Assembly: GCF_006345805.1 (NCBI RefSeq)
Contig: NC_043007.1
Span: 23,312,001-23,376,000 of the forward strand
Length of the DNA stretch: 64,000 nt
Reading direction: 5' to 3'
Source of the DNA: Octopus sinensis
Taxonomy: Eukaryota
Translations under genes and position numbers: made by a program
Part shown: positions 50,272-63,484 of the stretch, one piece after another
How positions within the stretch are numbered: position 1 is the stretch's first letter
How the letters are laid out: each line of letters begins with the position of its first letter
Notes under the pieces: generated by a model
Seen by the model: the letters and a program-made list of their open reading frames with translations, nothing else
Database searches by the model: none
Told to the model about the DNA's origin: nothing

Positions 50272-50900
50272 GGAACTGCAAAAGTAGGTTTACAGTTATA
50301 AACTCGTTTATTTTTATCAACAAAATTATATGTTACGGTAAAAGTATTATTATAGTATTGGTAAATGTATTATGATTAATGACACTGAAAATATCAAAAA
50401 TGAGGCTCACTAATTTAATGTGCTAATAATTTTAATGAGTTAATTATTATAACGTAAAGGCTATTTGCCAACATAACGTCACTTTCCTGGACAGCCACAT
50501 TATTCAGCTACTACTGAATATCTCTCTTTGAGAGATATTTAGAAATAATAATGTTTCTATTTAAATATTATAACGTTGATGCGGTACTTACTGTATAAAA
50601 GTAATGGCTTTTTATATAAAAAAAAAGGTATATACATACTTATAGAGGATTTGAGGTGGAATTAAGAAGTATAAAAATTATTATCATGAATCAATATAGA
50701 AAGTCATACCGGTTTCGTCAACGCTGTTCACTGACTTTGTATCACCTCCCCAAGTCATCTATATGTATGTATATATCTTTGTTTTCATATTTTAAAAAAT
50801 TACTTTTATACCTATTGTGCATTTTCTTTAAAACCTGTTTCTATTACACACACATACACACACACACCACCACACACCACACACACATACATACACACAC

Positions 50901-50960
<60 letters not shown>

Positions 50961-51294
50961 AAAGAAGTTTGAAAACGCCACTATATAAGATAAATTTTAA
51001 TTTTCTTAGAAATTTTACATGTTTCGGTTCTTCTTCAAAAAACCAACCTTATCAAAAATATTTAAAAAGTTAAGTGTAATAAAAAAGTTCACAATTGTTT
51101 CTTACTAGTCTCAACAGAGTCCATGTGGTATTTTTTTGTTAAGGGGAGCATAATAGCTGTCTTGTGTGTCGACTAGATTCGTTGGCTGTGGTTGGGGAAA
51201 TGACCAGCGGCCGAAATAGCAGTAGTGGCAGTGACTGTTGGTCGTAGTAGTAATAGTAGTGACCATGGTGGTTGTAGTAGTAGTAGTGGTAGTG

Positions 51295-51336
<42 letters not shown>

Positions 51337-52145
51337 ATTATGGTGGTAGTGGTAGAATTCCATTCTTCTTTTCGGAAAACCAATATATATATATATATAT
51401 TCACCAAAGGAGGAAGATAGGTAGACAATGATTTGGGGACAAACGATTCTTTTAAAAGCTAGAGTGATAAGATGTACTGTAATAAAACTTTGATTCGACC
51501 ATGTACGTGTGTACAAATCCCACCCCTGAAAGATGCAAACATGAACTTAATACCCGACTGAGACTACAAGACTTCACAGAGTGTGCTCTGTCCATTCTTA
51601 CAGACATCTCGTGGAAAGATATTTCCTATTTATTTTGCTTACGTGTTGTGTGTATTTACCCGTTTGAGTGTGCGTGTGTATGTGTGTGCCAGGGGCTAGA
51701 ATGCGTGATCGTATGTGTGTGCGTGCATGTGTGTGTGTGTGTGTGTGTACGTCAAAGCATGTTTGTGTATCTCATACAGAAAATACTTAGCATTCATATT
51801 ATAATAAATGTTTTGTTGATAATAATTATATTTGTAAGACCATCGTCTTTGCCACACACCAAATCTGAAATTGATAGACTTAAAACATCTCTGTGTAAGT
51901 CTACAATACCGCCAAAGTCAGCGTCTTTATGAACACGACTACTTTCTTGCTTAAAATTTTCTACTGACGTCTTCGTTTTCGTTTTGCTTTGTTTTATTCT
52001 GTTTTTAATAGTTTACTCACTCTTCTATGGAGGAAGAGGGGTCTCAGTTGGTAGGGTTGATAAGGAATCGGCTTCCTGTGTCTGTTGTTGAAAGATCGAC
52101 AGCTCCTATGCGTATCAATTACCGGAGAATCAGTCTGGGACAACA

Positions 52146-52595
52146 TACTCTTTTACTTGTTTCAGTCATTTGACTGTGGCCATGCTGGAGCACCGCCTTT
52201 AGTCGAGCAAATCGACCCCTGAGCTTATTCATTCAAAGTCTAGTACTTATTCTATCAGTCTCTTTTGCCGAACCGCTAAGTTACGGGGACGTAAACACAC
52301 CAGCATCGGTTGTCAAGCGATGTTGGGGGGACAAACACAGACACACAAACATATACACACCACATACATACATAATATATATATATATATATATAATATA
52401 TATATATATATTATATATATATATATTTGAAATTATTTCATAATTTGAAACTGACTTGAAAATTGGAAGTCCACCTGAAGATTGTCGATCAGGACAAGAA
52501 ACAATAGTGGCGGTTTTTTTGACTTTTTATTAAAATTTTATGTATTGATTAAGTCTTTCCTTGTTTGTTTTGCAAAATAGTGGTTTTGTCTCTAA

Positions 52596-52657
<62 letters not shown>

Positions 52658-52822
52658 TACGACGGGCTTCTTTCAGTTTCCGTCTACCAAATCCACTCAC
52701 ACGGTTTTTGGTCGGCATGAGGCTATAGTAGAAGACACTTGCCCAGGTTCCACGCAGTGGGACTGAACCCGGAACCATGTGGTTGGTAAGCAAGCTACTA
52801 ATCACACAGCCACTCCTACGCA
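52146..52822 (-). mobile_element. SINE A split by an insertion in its central (TA)n
   Basis: 3' half 52146-52370, 5' half about 52650-52822, foreign cassette about 52427-52598. Confidence 0.88.
52471..52510 (+). ncRNA. Minimal type I hammerhead ribozyme-like motif
   Basis: CCAC-CTGAAGA-TTGTC-GATCAG-GACAA-GAAA-CAA-TA-GTGG: intact core, perfect 4-bp stem I and 5-bp stem II, AUA site, 1-bp stem III. Confidence 0.65.
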
Positions 52823-53774
52823 TGTTTATTATTTTTGGGGGGAGATTTCGGCTAAAAATAAAAATAATTCAACTCGCATGAAGTGAGCACTATGTCACTG
52901 ATGAAAGTTTCACCAGGTTATACTTCTTCATTAACTCGCATGTTGCTGGGGAAACGACTGCGGTATTTTAATTTCTTAAATGTCAAATACCTAAAGTGAA
53001 CAGGATTACCACGAGCTCAATGTATTCGCAACACTTTCAGCGCTTTAAATCCGGCAACAACAACAACAACAGCAACAACAATGTTTCGGCAGGAGAGGGC
53101 GAGCGAGGCAATAAGTTATTTTGTTTTTGAATTTGCATACACCCAGACACAAACATACACGCACAACTACACACCCAAACACACATGGTGCAGTTGTAGA
53201 CAGCTATATTTACTTGCGAATTCGTAAACCATTTAGTGTTAATTTATGTCCACATTAACGGAATACAATTAATCAACTAAAGAGTTCTATATCTAGGGGG
53301 TTTATTTTTAGTCAGAAACCGCCATTAATCTTAATGAAGGATTAAATAGATTTATTCTTCGATATGAAATCCATCATTAATAATTCTTTGGTTCTTTTTC
53401 CTCTTGTTTGTTTTTTTTTTATTTTTTTGTACAGAACTATAACGGCTAAGTTTGAGAGACAGACAAACAGACAGAGAGAGAGAGGTTGGATTAAGGGTGA
53501 GATTTTGGCTTTCAGCTTACATTAATTATCGATCAACGTAAAATATATGGTTAATTGTTCGGTGTGGTCAAACAGTATCATCTGTCAAGTAAATTTTGTT
53601 TGCAATTAGTGGTGAGATGTACGTTAATTAGAGCAACTATGCGTACAAAATAACTAATTACACACACACACATACATACACACACACACAACCCACACTA
53701 CACATACTCAAATACCACCATTCCTCTCGCCGATAGTCTCAGCTATTTCTTTCCCATTGGCCTGTGTATGATAG

Positions 53775-54090
53775 CGCAGGCGTGACTGTGAGGTAAGAAG
53801 TTTGTATCCCAATCACATGGTTCCGGGTTCAGTCACCCTGCGTGGCACCTTGGGCAAGTGTCTTCTACTATAGCGTCGGGGCTACTAAAGCTCATTGCAT
53901 ATGAATATGTGCATGTGTGTGTCTCTCAACACCACTTCACAACCAGTGTTTTTGTCTTTATGTCCCTGCAACATTGGAGTTCGGTAAAAGATACCGATAT
54001 TATAAGCACCAGGTTTAAAACATACTGGAGTCGATTCGTTCGACTAAAAATTCTTCAAAGCCCTAGTCTAATGACAGAAGCAATAAAAGA
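53775..54090 (+). mobile_element. SINE A, degenerate
   Basis: GCGCAGGCGTGACTGTGAGGTAAG...CCTTGGGCAAGTGTC. Confidence 0.7.
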
Positions 54091-54579
54091 ATAACAAAAA
54101 AGAATGATGGAGGGGGAAAAAATTTCGTTCTTTCTATCAAGAAAATATGAGTTTTGGATAATTGTAATGATGACGATGGTGATGATAACTTGGGACTATC
54201 AACAGCAAGGACAACCCTCGAAGAAGTCATCTTCCTCACGAAAGAAAAAGAGAGAGACATTTGATGGAATGTTTTCACTGAGATATGACAGTAAGAGCAA
54301 GATAAGTCCGGAAGTAGGTGCATTTATAAACGTTTCTGAAAGATGAGCAAAAACAAAAAAAAAACTGATAATTTTGAAAGTGAGGAATTGTTTGAAAAGT
54401 GAAGAAAGTATGTGTAAAGAAGAGAGTGTCTTTTCGGTGGTCAAAATCTAGAAACTTTCCTAAAATTATCAAGTAACAAAGCTAGATTTATTTATTAATA
54501 AGATTACTGTCTTTAAAACTATTGGTTTCAAATTTTGGCACAAGACTAGCAATTTCGGGGAGATTAAACCCAGTGCTCA

Positions 54580-54784
54580 ACTCTTTTACTCTTTTACTTG
54601 TTTCAGTCATTTGACTGCGGCCATGCTGGAGCACCACCTTTAGTCGAGAAAATCGACGCCAGGACTTATTCTTTGTAAGCCTTGTACTTATTCTATCATT
54701 CTCTTTTGCCGAACCGCTAAGTGACGGGGACGTAAACACAACAGCATCGGTTGTCAAGCAATGTTGGTGGGGGGACAAACACAG

Positions 54785-54835
<51 letters not shown>

Positions 54836-55006
54836 CATATATACGACGGGCTTCTTTCAGTTTCCGTCTACCAAATTCACTCACAAGGCTTTGGTCGGCC
54901 CAAAGATATAGTAGAAGACACTTGCCCAAGGTACCACGCAGTGGGACTGAACCCGGAACCATGTGGCTGGTAAGCAATCTACTTACCACACGGCCTCTCC
55001 TGCGCC
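54580..55006 (-). mobile_element. SINE A, full length
   Basis: Matches other A copies. Confidence 0.9.
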
Positions 55007-55168
55007 TATGTACTGATACTTCTTTTTATCGACCCGTAAAACAATGAAACGCAAAGTCGATCTCGGCGGAATGTGAACTCAAAACGGACGAAAATTGCCG
55101 CTAAGCATTTTTGCCCAGCGTGCTAACGATTCTGCCAGGTGACTGCCTTGTTGGCTGTAGAAAAATAT

Positions 55169-55400
55169 CTATTTCTTTACTACCCACAAGGGGCTAAACA
55201 CAGAGGGGACAAACAAGGACAGACAAACGGATTAAGTCGATCACATCGACCCCAGTGCGTAACTGGTACTTAATTTATCGACCCCGAAAGGATGAAAGGC
55301 AAAGTCGACCTCGGCGGAATTTGAACTCAGAACGTAACGGCAGACAAAATACAGCTACGTATTTCGCCCGGCGTGCTAACGTTTCTGCCAGCTTGCCGTC
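55169..55400 (-). mobile_element. SINE B monomer with extra head fragments to about 55456
   Basis: Flanked by direct repeat TGTTGGCTGTAGAAAAATAT; an E/B-type fragment also at 55020-55148. Confidence 0.85.
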
Positions 55401-56212
55401 TTAGCGTGCTAGCGATTACGCCGTTAGCGAGCTAACGATTCTGCCGCTTACCACCTTGTTGGCTGTAGAAAAATATTAACGGTTTGAAGGCGGCGAGCTG
55501 GCAGAAACGTTAGCTATGTTTAGCTCCCTGTGGGCTATAAAGAAATAAGAAAAATATCAAAGGATTAAACACTGCTATATGGTTCTAGCCAAAGTGTTAA
55601 CAGTATCAAGAAGAAACATGGGGAAGAGAAATGTTTTATTAGAAAGGATTGCATATGTACCGATCATTGAAATATAATCTGCAAGAGAATTAAATTGCTA
55701 TGCGACTTACATTGATTTCTTTCTTAAGCGTAATTTCGTGGAGGAGTGGTTCAGTTTTGTTAGGAACTGACACTAATTATGACGGGAAATATTTGCTCAC
55801 TTCATATTGGGGACAGGGTATGATCGATGGTTTTGAGTGATCTCTAATCTTGCTTTTATCTTTAATCTTGCTTTTACAGAGATATGTTTAGGAAAATTTA
55901 AGTAAAGCAATCGATTTTATTTAACACACTTGTAAGGGATAAAGGAAGCGAGTCAGCCATAGACTGAATATCTACGTGGTCGTTCGACCTGCTGACAATA
56001 GGAGCCAAAACTCCCTCAAATAAGTTACTAACGTCTTAGATAAGAAAAACTTACTGGTTAATGTAGCCTTGGCTTAGTAAGGTTGAGAAAACAAAATCAT
56101 GGACTGTTGTAGTTGAAACGCATTTATAAGTCTAAACAACAAAAAATAAACAAACTGCAGTTTCTTATTTACACGTGGAGTCAGTTTCTGAAAGAGATGT
56201 TATACAGTCATA

Positions 56213-56619
56213 GGCGTAGGATTGGCAAGTTGCTTGCTTACGAACCACATGGTTCCGGGTTCAGTCCCACCACGTGGCACCTTGGGCAAGTGCCTTCTAC
56301 TATAGCCTCGGGCCGACCAAAGCCTTGTGAGCGGATTTGGTAGACGGAAACTGAAAGAAGCCCGTCGTATATATGTATATATATATATGTATGTGTGTGT
56401 ATATGTTTGCGTGTCTGTGTTTATCCCCCCAACATCGCTTGACAACCGATGCTGATGTGTTTTCGTCCCCGTAACGTAGCGGTTCGGTAAAAGGAGCCCG
56501 ATAGAATAAGTACAAGGCTTACAATGAATAAGTCCTGGGATCGATTTGCTCGACTAAAGACGGTGCTCCAGCATGGCGGCAGTCAAATGACTGAAACAAG
56601 TAAAAGAGTAAAGAGAGTA
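56213..56619 (+). mobile_element. SINE A, full length
   Basis: Head through AAGAGTA tail. Confidence 0.9.
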
Positions 56620-57029
56620 AAAAATAACGTTACTTATTTTACCAACCTCATGTGAGCTGAATGACCTAATGGTGTTGTTCGGACACAAAGTGAGCCCTGA
56701 TCGAGCAGGGCTCGATGACATCCCGTCTTAATACCTCGGCATAATGTAAGCTGGGGTACGTCATCCTAGGTTTCCTTCCCCACATAATTACTGTAGGATA
56801 TCGCTTGAAAGAGATAAAGTTAACTGTCTCTAGCATGTCCAACTACCACCACATAGTGACTTCCGCGATAGCTCGACCTGTTGGTGTTGATGATTTAAGC
56901 AAGAAATCAACTCAGAACAGTGAGGAATGAGGTAAACGAATAAACACACACTCACACAAAAAAAATCAACATTTGATATGTTAATGCAACAGTAGAGTTC
57001 GGAGAAGATAGTGATCTTCTACGCTGGCA

Positions 57030-57362
57030 AATAAAATCTAGCACTCCGTCGGTTACGAAGACAACGGTTCCAGTTGATTCCGATCAACGGAACAGCCTTC
57101 TCACGAAATTAACGTGCAACTAGCAGAGCACTCTACAGCCGCGCGTACCCATAACGTAGTTCTCATGGAGATACATCGTAACACAGAATGTGACAAAGCT
57201 GACACTTTTATATACAGGCACTGCTTATTTTTGCCAGATGAGCGGACTGGAGCAACGTGAAATAAAGCGTCTTGCTCAAGGGCACAACGCGCCGACAGGA
57301 ATCGAACTAACGCCCTTCCAATCGTGAGTCGAATATCACAACCACTAAGTCATGCGCCTTCA
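57030..57362 (-). mobile_element. SINE family F (C-type tRNA head, different body and 3' tail)
   Basis: Minus head GAAGGCGCATGACTTAGTGGTT...GTTCGATTCC, body ...CTCCAGTCCGCTC..., tail CTGTTCCGTTGATCGGAATCAACTGGAACC...CCGACGGAGTGC. Confidence 0.7.
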
Positions 57363-57375
57363 GTCGTTAACAGAT

Positions 57376-57976
57376 TTATTTCTTTACTACCCACAAGGGG
57401 CTACACACAGAGGGAACAAACAAGGACAGACAAACGGATTAAGTCGATTACATCGATCCCAGTGCGTAACTGGTACTTATTTAATCGACCCCGAAAGGAT
57501 GAAAGGCAAAGTCGACCTCGACGGAATTTGAACTCAGAACGTAACGACAGACGAAATACCTATTTCTTTACTGCCCACAAGGGGCTAAACAAGGAGGAGG
57601 CAAACAAGGACAGACAAACGGATTAAGTCGATTATATCGACCCCAGTGCGTAACTGGTACTTGATTTATCGACCCCGAAAGGATGAAAGGCAAAGTCGAC
57701 TTCAGCGGAATTTGAACTCAGAACATAACGACAGACGAAATACCTATTTCTTTATTACCCACAAGGGGGTAAACACAGAGGGGACAAACAAGGACAGACA
57801 TAGGTATTAAGTCGATTACATCGACCCCAGTGCGTAACTGGTACTTAATTTATCTACCCCGAAAGGATGAAAGGCAAAGTCGACCTCGGCGGAATTTGAA
57901 CTCACAACGTAACGGCAGCCGAAATACCGCTAAGCATTTCGCCCGGCGCGCTAACATTTCTGCCAGCTCGCCGCCT
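57376..57976 (-). mobile_element. SINE B trimer (one head, three units of about 184 bp)
   Basis: Junctions at 57560/57561 and 57744/57745; flanking TCGTTAACA duplication. Confidence 0.92.
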
Positions 57977-58104
57977 TTCACTCGTTAACAAATAGCAAAT
58001 ACGGAATGTTCGCAGAGTGGAATAAATTATCGTAGTATGATGAAAACTTCTGTTTTTCTCTTCCTCATCGTGACAAAGTTATTTTATTCTGCTATTCTAG
58101 TGTC

Positions 58105-58350
58105 TGTGAAGGTGGGTGGCCTAGTGTGTAGAATGTTGACGGCAAGGTCACGGTTTCGAATCTCGGATCGGGCGTCGCCTTGTGTTCTTGGGTAACATAC
58201 ATCATTCCCCGTTCCTCCAGTCCACTCAGCTGTAAATGAGAAACTGCAACAGACCGGCGTTAGTTCGGTGTGTTGTGATTTCGGTCCTTGATATGCTACG
58301 GGAACCGGATAACGGATCTAATGAGTTCTAGGGCCCAAGGCAGAACGCGC
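58105..58350 (+). mobile_element. SINE C/F-type, degenerate
   Basis: GTGGCCTAGTG...GGTTTCGAATCTC...TTGTGTTCTTG...CTCCAGTCCACTCAGCTG. Confidence 0.6.
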
Positions 58351-58846
58351 ACGCGCCCCCGACTCTTTACTGTTTCCCTTACATCTAGAAGAAAATATTT
58401 ACTTCTGAGGAAGGAGCACCATGTAGTGATCTATCTCTACCAGGAAAAAAGATCATCTGTGTTGAGTTACAAGATATTCTGGGAGTAGGTCAACATGGTA
58501 AATATATCAGTTGCTACATTTAGTTATATATTTTCTTTCATTCTTGGTAACTGGGTCACCTATTATAGGGAGAAGTCACCCTTTTAAATTCTTCACATTT
58601 AGGCGAAGACGCCCACTTAATGCCAGTATTCAAAGAAAGGTGAAGTGTCAAAGAATTACGTATCTACATTCGATAAGATGGTTTACAGCCCTCTATCAGA
58701 AAGTTTTTAAGTTAAGGCTGAGTGTCTTAAGTTGCGTGCATGCGTAAGTGTGTTGTGTGTGTGCATATGCCTATTCACATATATACTGTATGTGTGAGTG
58801 TGTATGTATGTGTACATGTATTTATGTAACTATATATATATGTATG

Positions 58847-58890
<44 letters not shown>

Positions 58891-58942
58891 TAACTGCTTG
58901 TATATATATATGTATATGCGTGTATGTATGTATATGTGTGTG

Positions 58943-58973
<31 letters not shown>

Positions 58974-58993
58974 AAATGTGTGTATGTGCGTGT

Positions 58994-59251
58994 GTGGAGA
59001 CGCGTGGCTTTGTGGTTAGGGTATCAGCATCATGATCGTAAGATTGCGGTTTCGATTCCTGGACCGGGCGACGCGTTGTGTTCTTGAGCAAAACACTTCA
59101 TTTCACGTTGCTCCAGTTCACCAGCTGGCAAAAATGAGTAACGCTGCGACGGACTGGCGTCCCGTCCAGCTGGGGAACGTATACGCCATTGAAACCAGGA
59201 AACCGGGCCCATGAGCCTGGCTAGGCTTTAAAAGGGCGCATTTATTATTAT
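58994..59251 (+). mobile_element. tRNA-derived SINE family C, full length
   Basis: GTGGAGACGCGTGGCTTTGTGGTTAGGG...GGTTTCGATTCC (A/B boxes) to AAAAGGGCGCATTTATTATT. Confidence 0.9.
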
Positions 59252-59255
59252 TTGT

Positions 59256-59302
<47 letters not shown>

Positions 59303-59460
59303 CGTTATACACACACACACACAGAAAGCCAGATGTGTGCGTGTGTGTGTGTTTATAACTTAGCGGTTCACCAGTTGTGACGATAAAAACGTTACCTGAC
59401 TGACCATATGTATTAGGTTAAATGCAATCGACGCGACTTGGTTGTATATAATCCCTATTT

Positions 59461-59771
59461 ATGATCAATAAGTATCCGAACTATTACCAAAGTAATGAAG
59501 CTAAAACACGCAGAGTAAAGCCGCTTAGCACATATTGACCTTGAACTCTGTTGTGCATGCGCACAAAATTTTAGCGTTCTAGCTCACTTCCGCAGTTTAC
59601 AGCAGTGCCTGGAAGGAAGGTGCGTAGCGTGTGATCGTCGCATTCACCATGACAGAGAAAGTTGTCATGGCGATACCTGCTCAGAGGCCTAGGCCTACGC
59701 AAAGTTGCAGAAAGTGTATGGAGAGGAGTGTATGAGCCACACACAAGTCTACGAGTGGTTCAGACGTTTCC
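59461..59771 (+). pseudogene. Mariner 5' end and transposase N-terminal remnant
   Basis: TGATCAATAAGTATCCG TIR-like start; ATG at 59649; 59696-59770 reads YAKLQKVYGEECMSHTQVYEWFRRF (mariner HTH). Confidence 0.85.
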
Positions 59772-60536
59772 ATTGTGTCGTATTAGTGGTAATAATGAAG
59801 TTAACATGTTTCAGTCTTTTTTTGGTCTCCTCTGTCAAAAGTAGTCATAAGATAACCACTCAGTAGGATGAGAGTATTGTAACCGGAGAAGGTGTTAAAA
59901 ATTAGAATTTCTAGGTAGATACTTACATAAAATAGGTTCTTCATTAATTAACTATCACGTTTCATACTGATGGTGTGTCAGTGTAATTAACTTTAATTAT
60001 TTGTTTTATAAGATATACTAATTTTGCACAGATACGCAGATTACAATATTGTGACGCTCCTTAGTGATACCCCTAAAGTTACTTTAAAAAGTACAGTGAA
60101 GTTTATCTACGGTGAAGTTTTATAGAACCAAAACATGAATGATGTCACCTGTGCTTGCCAAATTGATTACAATAATATTAGTCACCGTGCTAATTTTCTC
60201 CTCTCATTAGTATCTCTAATTAGCGTTGGGTTGCTGTGCAAAAGATCTGTCTATTACTCCTTATCTCGATTTAAATGCAGATATAATCTATAAGTAATTA
60301 ACCCCCGTGTCTCTGTTTACCTCATCGTAGATATCTTAGGATGATATCCTTCAATGCAGTAAGACAAAACCGCTTAAATGGTGCTTTAGAACTAACTTCC
60401 TTATAATACATATTCTGCTCGAGTTACACAGACAATCTTTTCTTATCCTTCTCATTGTAAAATTAGTGAACTCGTAACTCGGAAACTGAGACCAACGTTG
60501 AGTTGTTCACAAAACAGGATATGAAATAAAAATATA

Positions 60537-60947
60537 GGCGCAGGAGTGGCTGTGTGGTAAGTAGCTTGCTAACTAACCATATGGTTCCGGGTTCAGTCCC
60601 ACTGCGTGGCACCTTGAGCAAGTGTCTTCTACTATAGCCTCGGGCCGACCAAAGCCTTGTGAGTGGATTTGGTAGACGGAAACTGAAAGAAGCCCGTAGT
60701 ATATATGTATGTATATATGTGTATGTGTGTGTGTTTGTGTATCTGTGTTTGTCCCCCTAGCATTGCTTGACAACCGATGCTGGTGTGTTTACGTCCCCGT
60801 CACTTAGCGGTTCGGCAAAAAGAGACCGATAGAATAAGTACTAGGCTTACAAAGAATAAGTCCCGGGGTCGATTTGCTCGACTAGAGGCGGTGCTCCAGC
60901 ATGGCCGCAGTCAAATGACTGAAACAAGTAAAAGAGTAAAGAGAGTA
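60537..60947 (+). mobile_element. SINE A, full length, close to consensus
   Basis: GGCGCAGGAGTGGCTGTGTGGTAAG...GACTGAAACAAGTAAAAGAGTA. Confidence 0.92.
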
Positions 60948-61537
60948 TACTTCAAACAAGACTCGAAGCTTCGCTGCGGATTTAGCTCGCTATTTGCAGT
61001 TTGAACTGTGTTGATACTACACAGTTAAATCAGGCAGAAAATTGTTTTAAATGAAGTGCACACTGGTTTCAAAGAAATGGACAGTTATACTGAAGAAAAT
61101 ATACACGACAATAATGAAGTTATGAAAGAATTTTTTACCAATGAACTTCAGAAGTTATTGACACCGCGAAGTTTCAATATTAGGGATCAGTAATTTTCTA
61201 TAATTTAGAAAAGGATAATGGCATATGCACAGTTATCATTCATTATTGATTATATTTTACTGTTCCAAGTAAATAGCTTGTGATCACATAATAGAAAAAA
61301 ATCTTAATATTTATGCAAAGGAAAGATATCTTTATGTGAAAAAGGTCTGATAAATCGCCCGTAACAAACGACTTTAGAAGAGGAAATATTTAAATCTGTA
61401 CAGAAATATTAGTAAGTAGTGGTATCAAAGAAATAGCAATATAACGTTGACATTTGTGAATGAAAGAGTGGAATGCGTAGATAATACGAGTAAGGAAATC
61501 ATACACACACATTATATTATATATATACATATATATA

Positions 61538-61587
<50 letters not shown>

Positions 61588-61767
61588 TTATATATAATGT
61601 TGTATATATATATATATATATATTATATATACATGTATATATATATATATATATATATTATAATATACATGTATATATATATAATGTTCTATATATTATT
61701 ATAATTAATAATATGTATAATATATGTGTATATAAATATGTATATATAAATATGTATATACAATATG

Positions 61768-61815
<48 letters not shown>

Positions 61816-62214
61816 TATAAATGTATATGCATGTATATACGTGTGTGTGTATGATTATCAAAGAGAAATAGATAAGAGAAAAATTTACTACTGAAGCTTG
61901 TTTATTTCTGTTTTCATAATAGTCAAACAGTGGACACGAAATGGTCGACTGGATAAAACTATTGAGCAACAATGGTTTGGCTTGTTTACCCCAGAAGGCT
62001 ACTGTTTCTTTGCGTCTTTTGAATAGAGGACATAAATTTACTTTGTCTCAGACCACTTAAGTATAAGTAATGCTTGCCAGGCTTCTTTAGCAAACTTTGT
62101 CACAATCTGTATAGTCTTATATCTTGTTTGAGATATATTTTCAGTCAATCTTTTCAACAAAATATTTCAGAAACAGAAGTTCGGCAAATAGACATCGGTG
62201 TATTGGTGTACGTT

Positions 62215-62379
62215 CGGCGTGGGTGTATGGTCAAGAAGTTAGCTTTGCAGCCATGTGGTTTTAGGTTCGGTCCCGCTGAGAAGCACCTTGGGCAAGTGTC
62301 CTTTACTTTAGCCCTAGACCGACCAATTTCTTGTGAATTAATTTAGTAGACAGAAACTGTGTAGAAACCCGTCGATCAT

Positions 62380-62433
<54 letters not shown>

Positions 62434-62712
62434 TATATATTATATGTATTATATATATATATATATTATATATATATATATATATATACGTGTGTGTATT
62501 TGTCTGTCCCTACCACCATCACTTGGCAACCGGCCTACGTCCCTATAACTCACTGGTTCCACCAAAAGAATCGATCGAATAAGTTCCAAACATTAAAATA
62601 TAAAAAAAAAACATACTGGTGGGGGTCGATTTTTTTCGACTAAAACCATACAATGCAGTGCACCAGAATGGCCGCAGTCCAATGACTGAACCAGGTTAAA
62701 GATAAAAGATAA
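62215..62712 (+). mobile_element. SINE A, degenerate
   Basis: Head, TA tract and tail GAATGGCCGCAGTCCAATGACTGAA. Confidence 0.75.
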
Positions 62713-62817
62713 AAAATAATATAGGTGTTTGTTTTGTGAAACGGTTGACACGATATACTTATTTAAAGGAACTGTTGATCGTCGTTTCGAGTCCGCCTGC
62801 ACATTGCTTGTGAGATA

Positions 62818-63028
62818 CCGTAATTTCCAGCGTACAAGACGTATTCGTGCATAAGACGCATCCCTACTTTACAAGTATACTTTACGCAAAGACAAATTTA
62901 ATATATTTCATCAAACACTCATAGACTCGGTATCCCATTTGTAAAACGGTTGCATTACACGCATAGCAATTTTCTTTTACATTTCAAAATAAAATTTTAA
63001 AAAACGTCTTATACGCCAGGATGTGTGG
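62818..63028. mobile_element. pogo/Tc2-like MITE, diverged
   Basis: TA-CCGTAATTTCCAGCGTACAAGACG ... CGTCTTATACGCCAGG imperfect TIRs. Confidence 0.55.
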
Positions 63029-63109
63029 TGTATAAATATATCTTCTTTTACCTGTTCTAGTCATTGGACTGTGAAATAAATGGAGAACGACCTTGATGGG
63101 TTTTAGTTG

Positions 63110-63484
63110 AAAATATTGTCCCCCAGTTCTTTTATTTTATTTTTTAATTTTTTAAATTTTTTTTATATATAGCTGGTATTTATTTCATCGCTTTCTTCTG
63201 CGGAACCGCTAAGGTATGGAAACGTAAGCAAAGCAACACCGATTGTAAACCGGTGTGGGAAGGGCAATTAGAAACACACACATACATGCACACACACACA
63301 CACACACACACGCATACACATGTACGATCGGTTTCTACGCAGTTTTCAGATACCAATTTCTCTCACAAGGCATTGGTCCGCCCGGAACGATAGTTGAAAA
63401 CACTTGCTCAACAAGGTACCGCGTTGGGATTGAAACCGAAGCCATGTAGCTGCAAAGCGAAATTCTTTACACAGCCATGCCTGC
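63110..63484 (-). mobile_element. SINE A, degenerate
   Basis: GAACCGCTAAG...CAAGGCATTGGTC...ACAGCCATGCCTGC. Confidence 0.7.
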
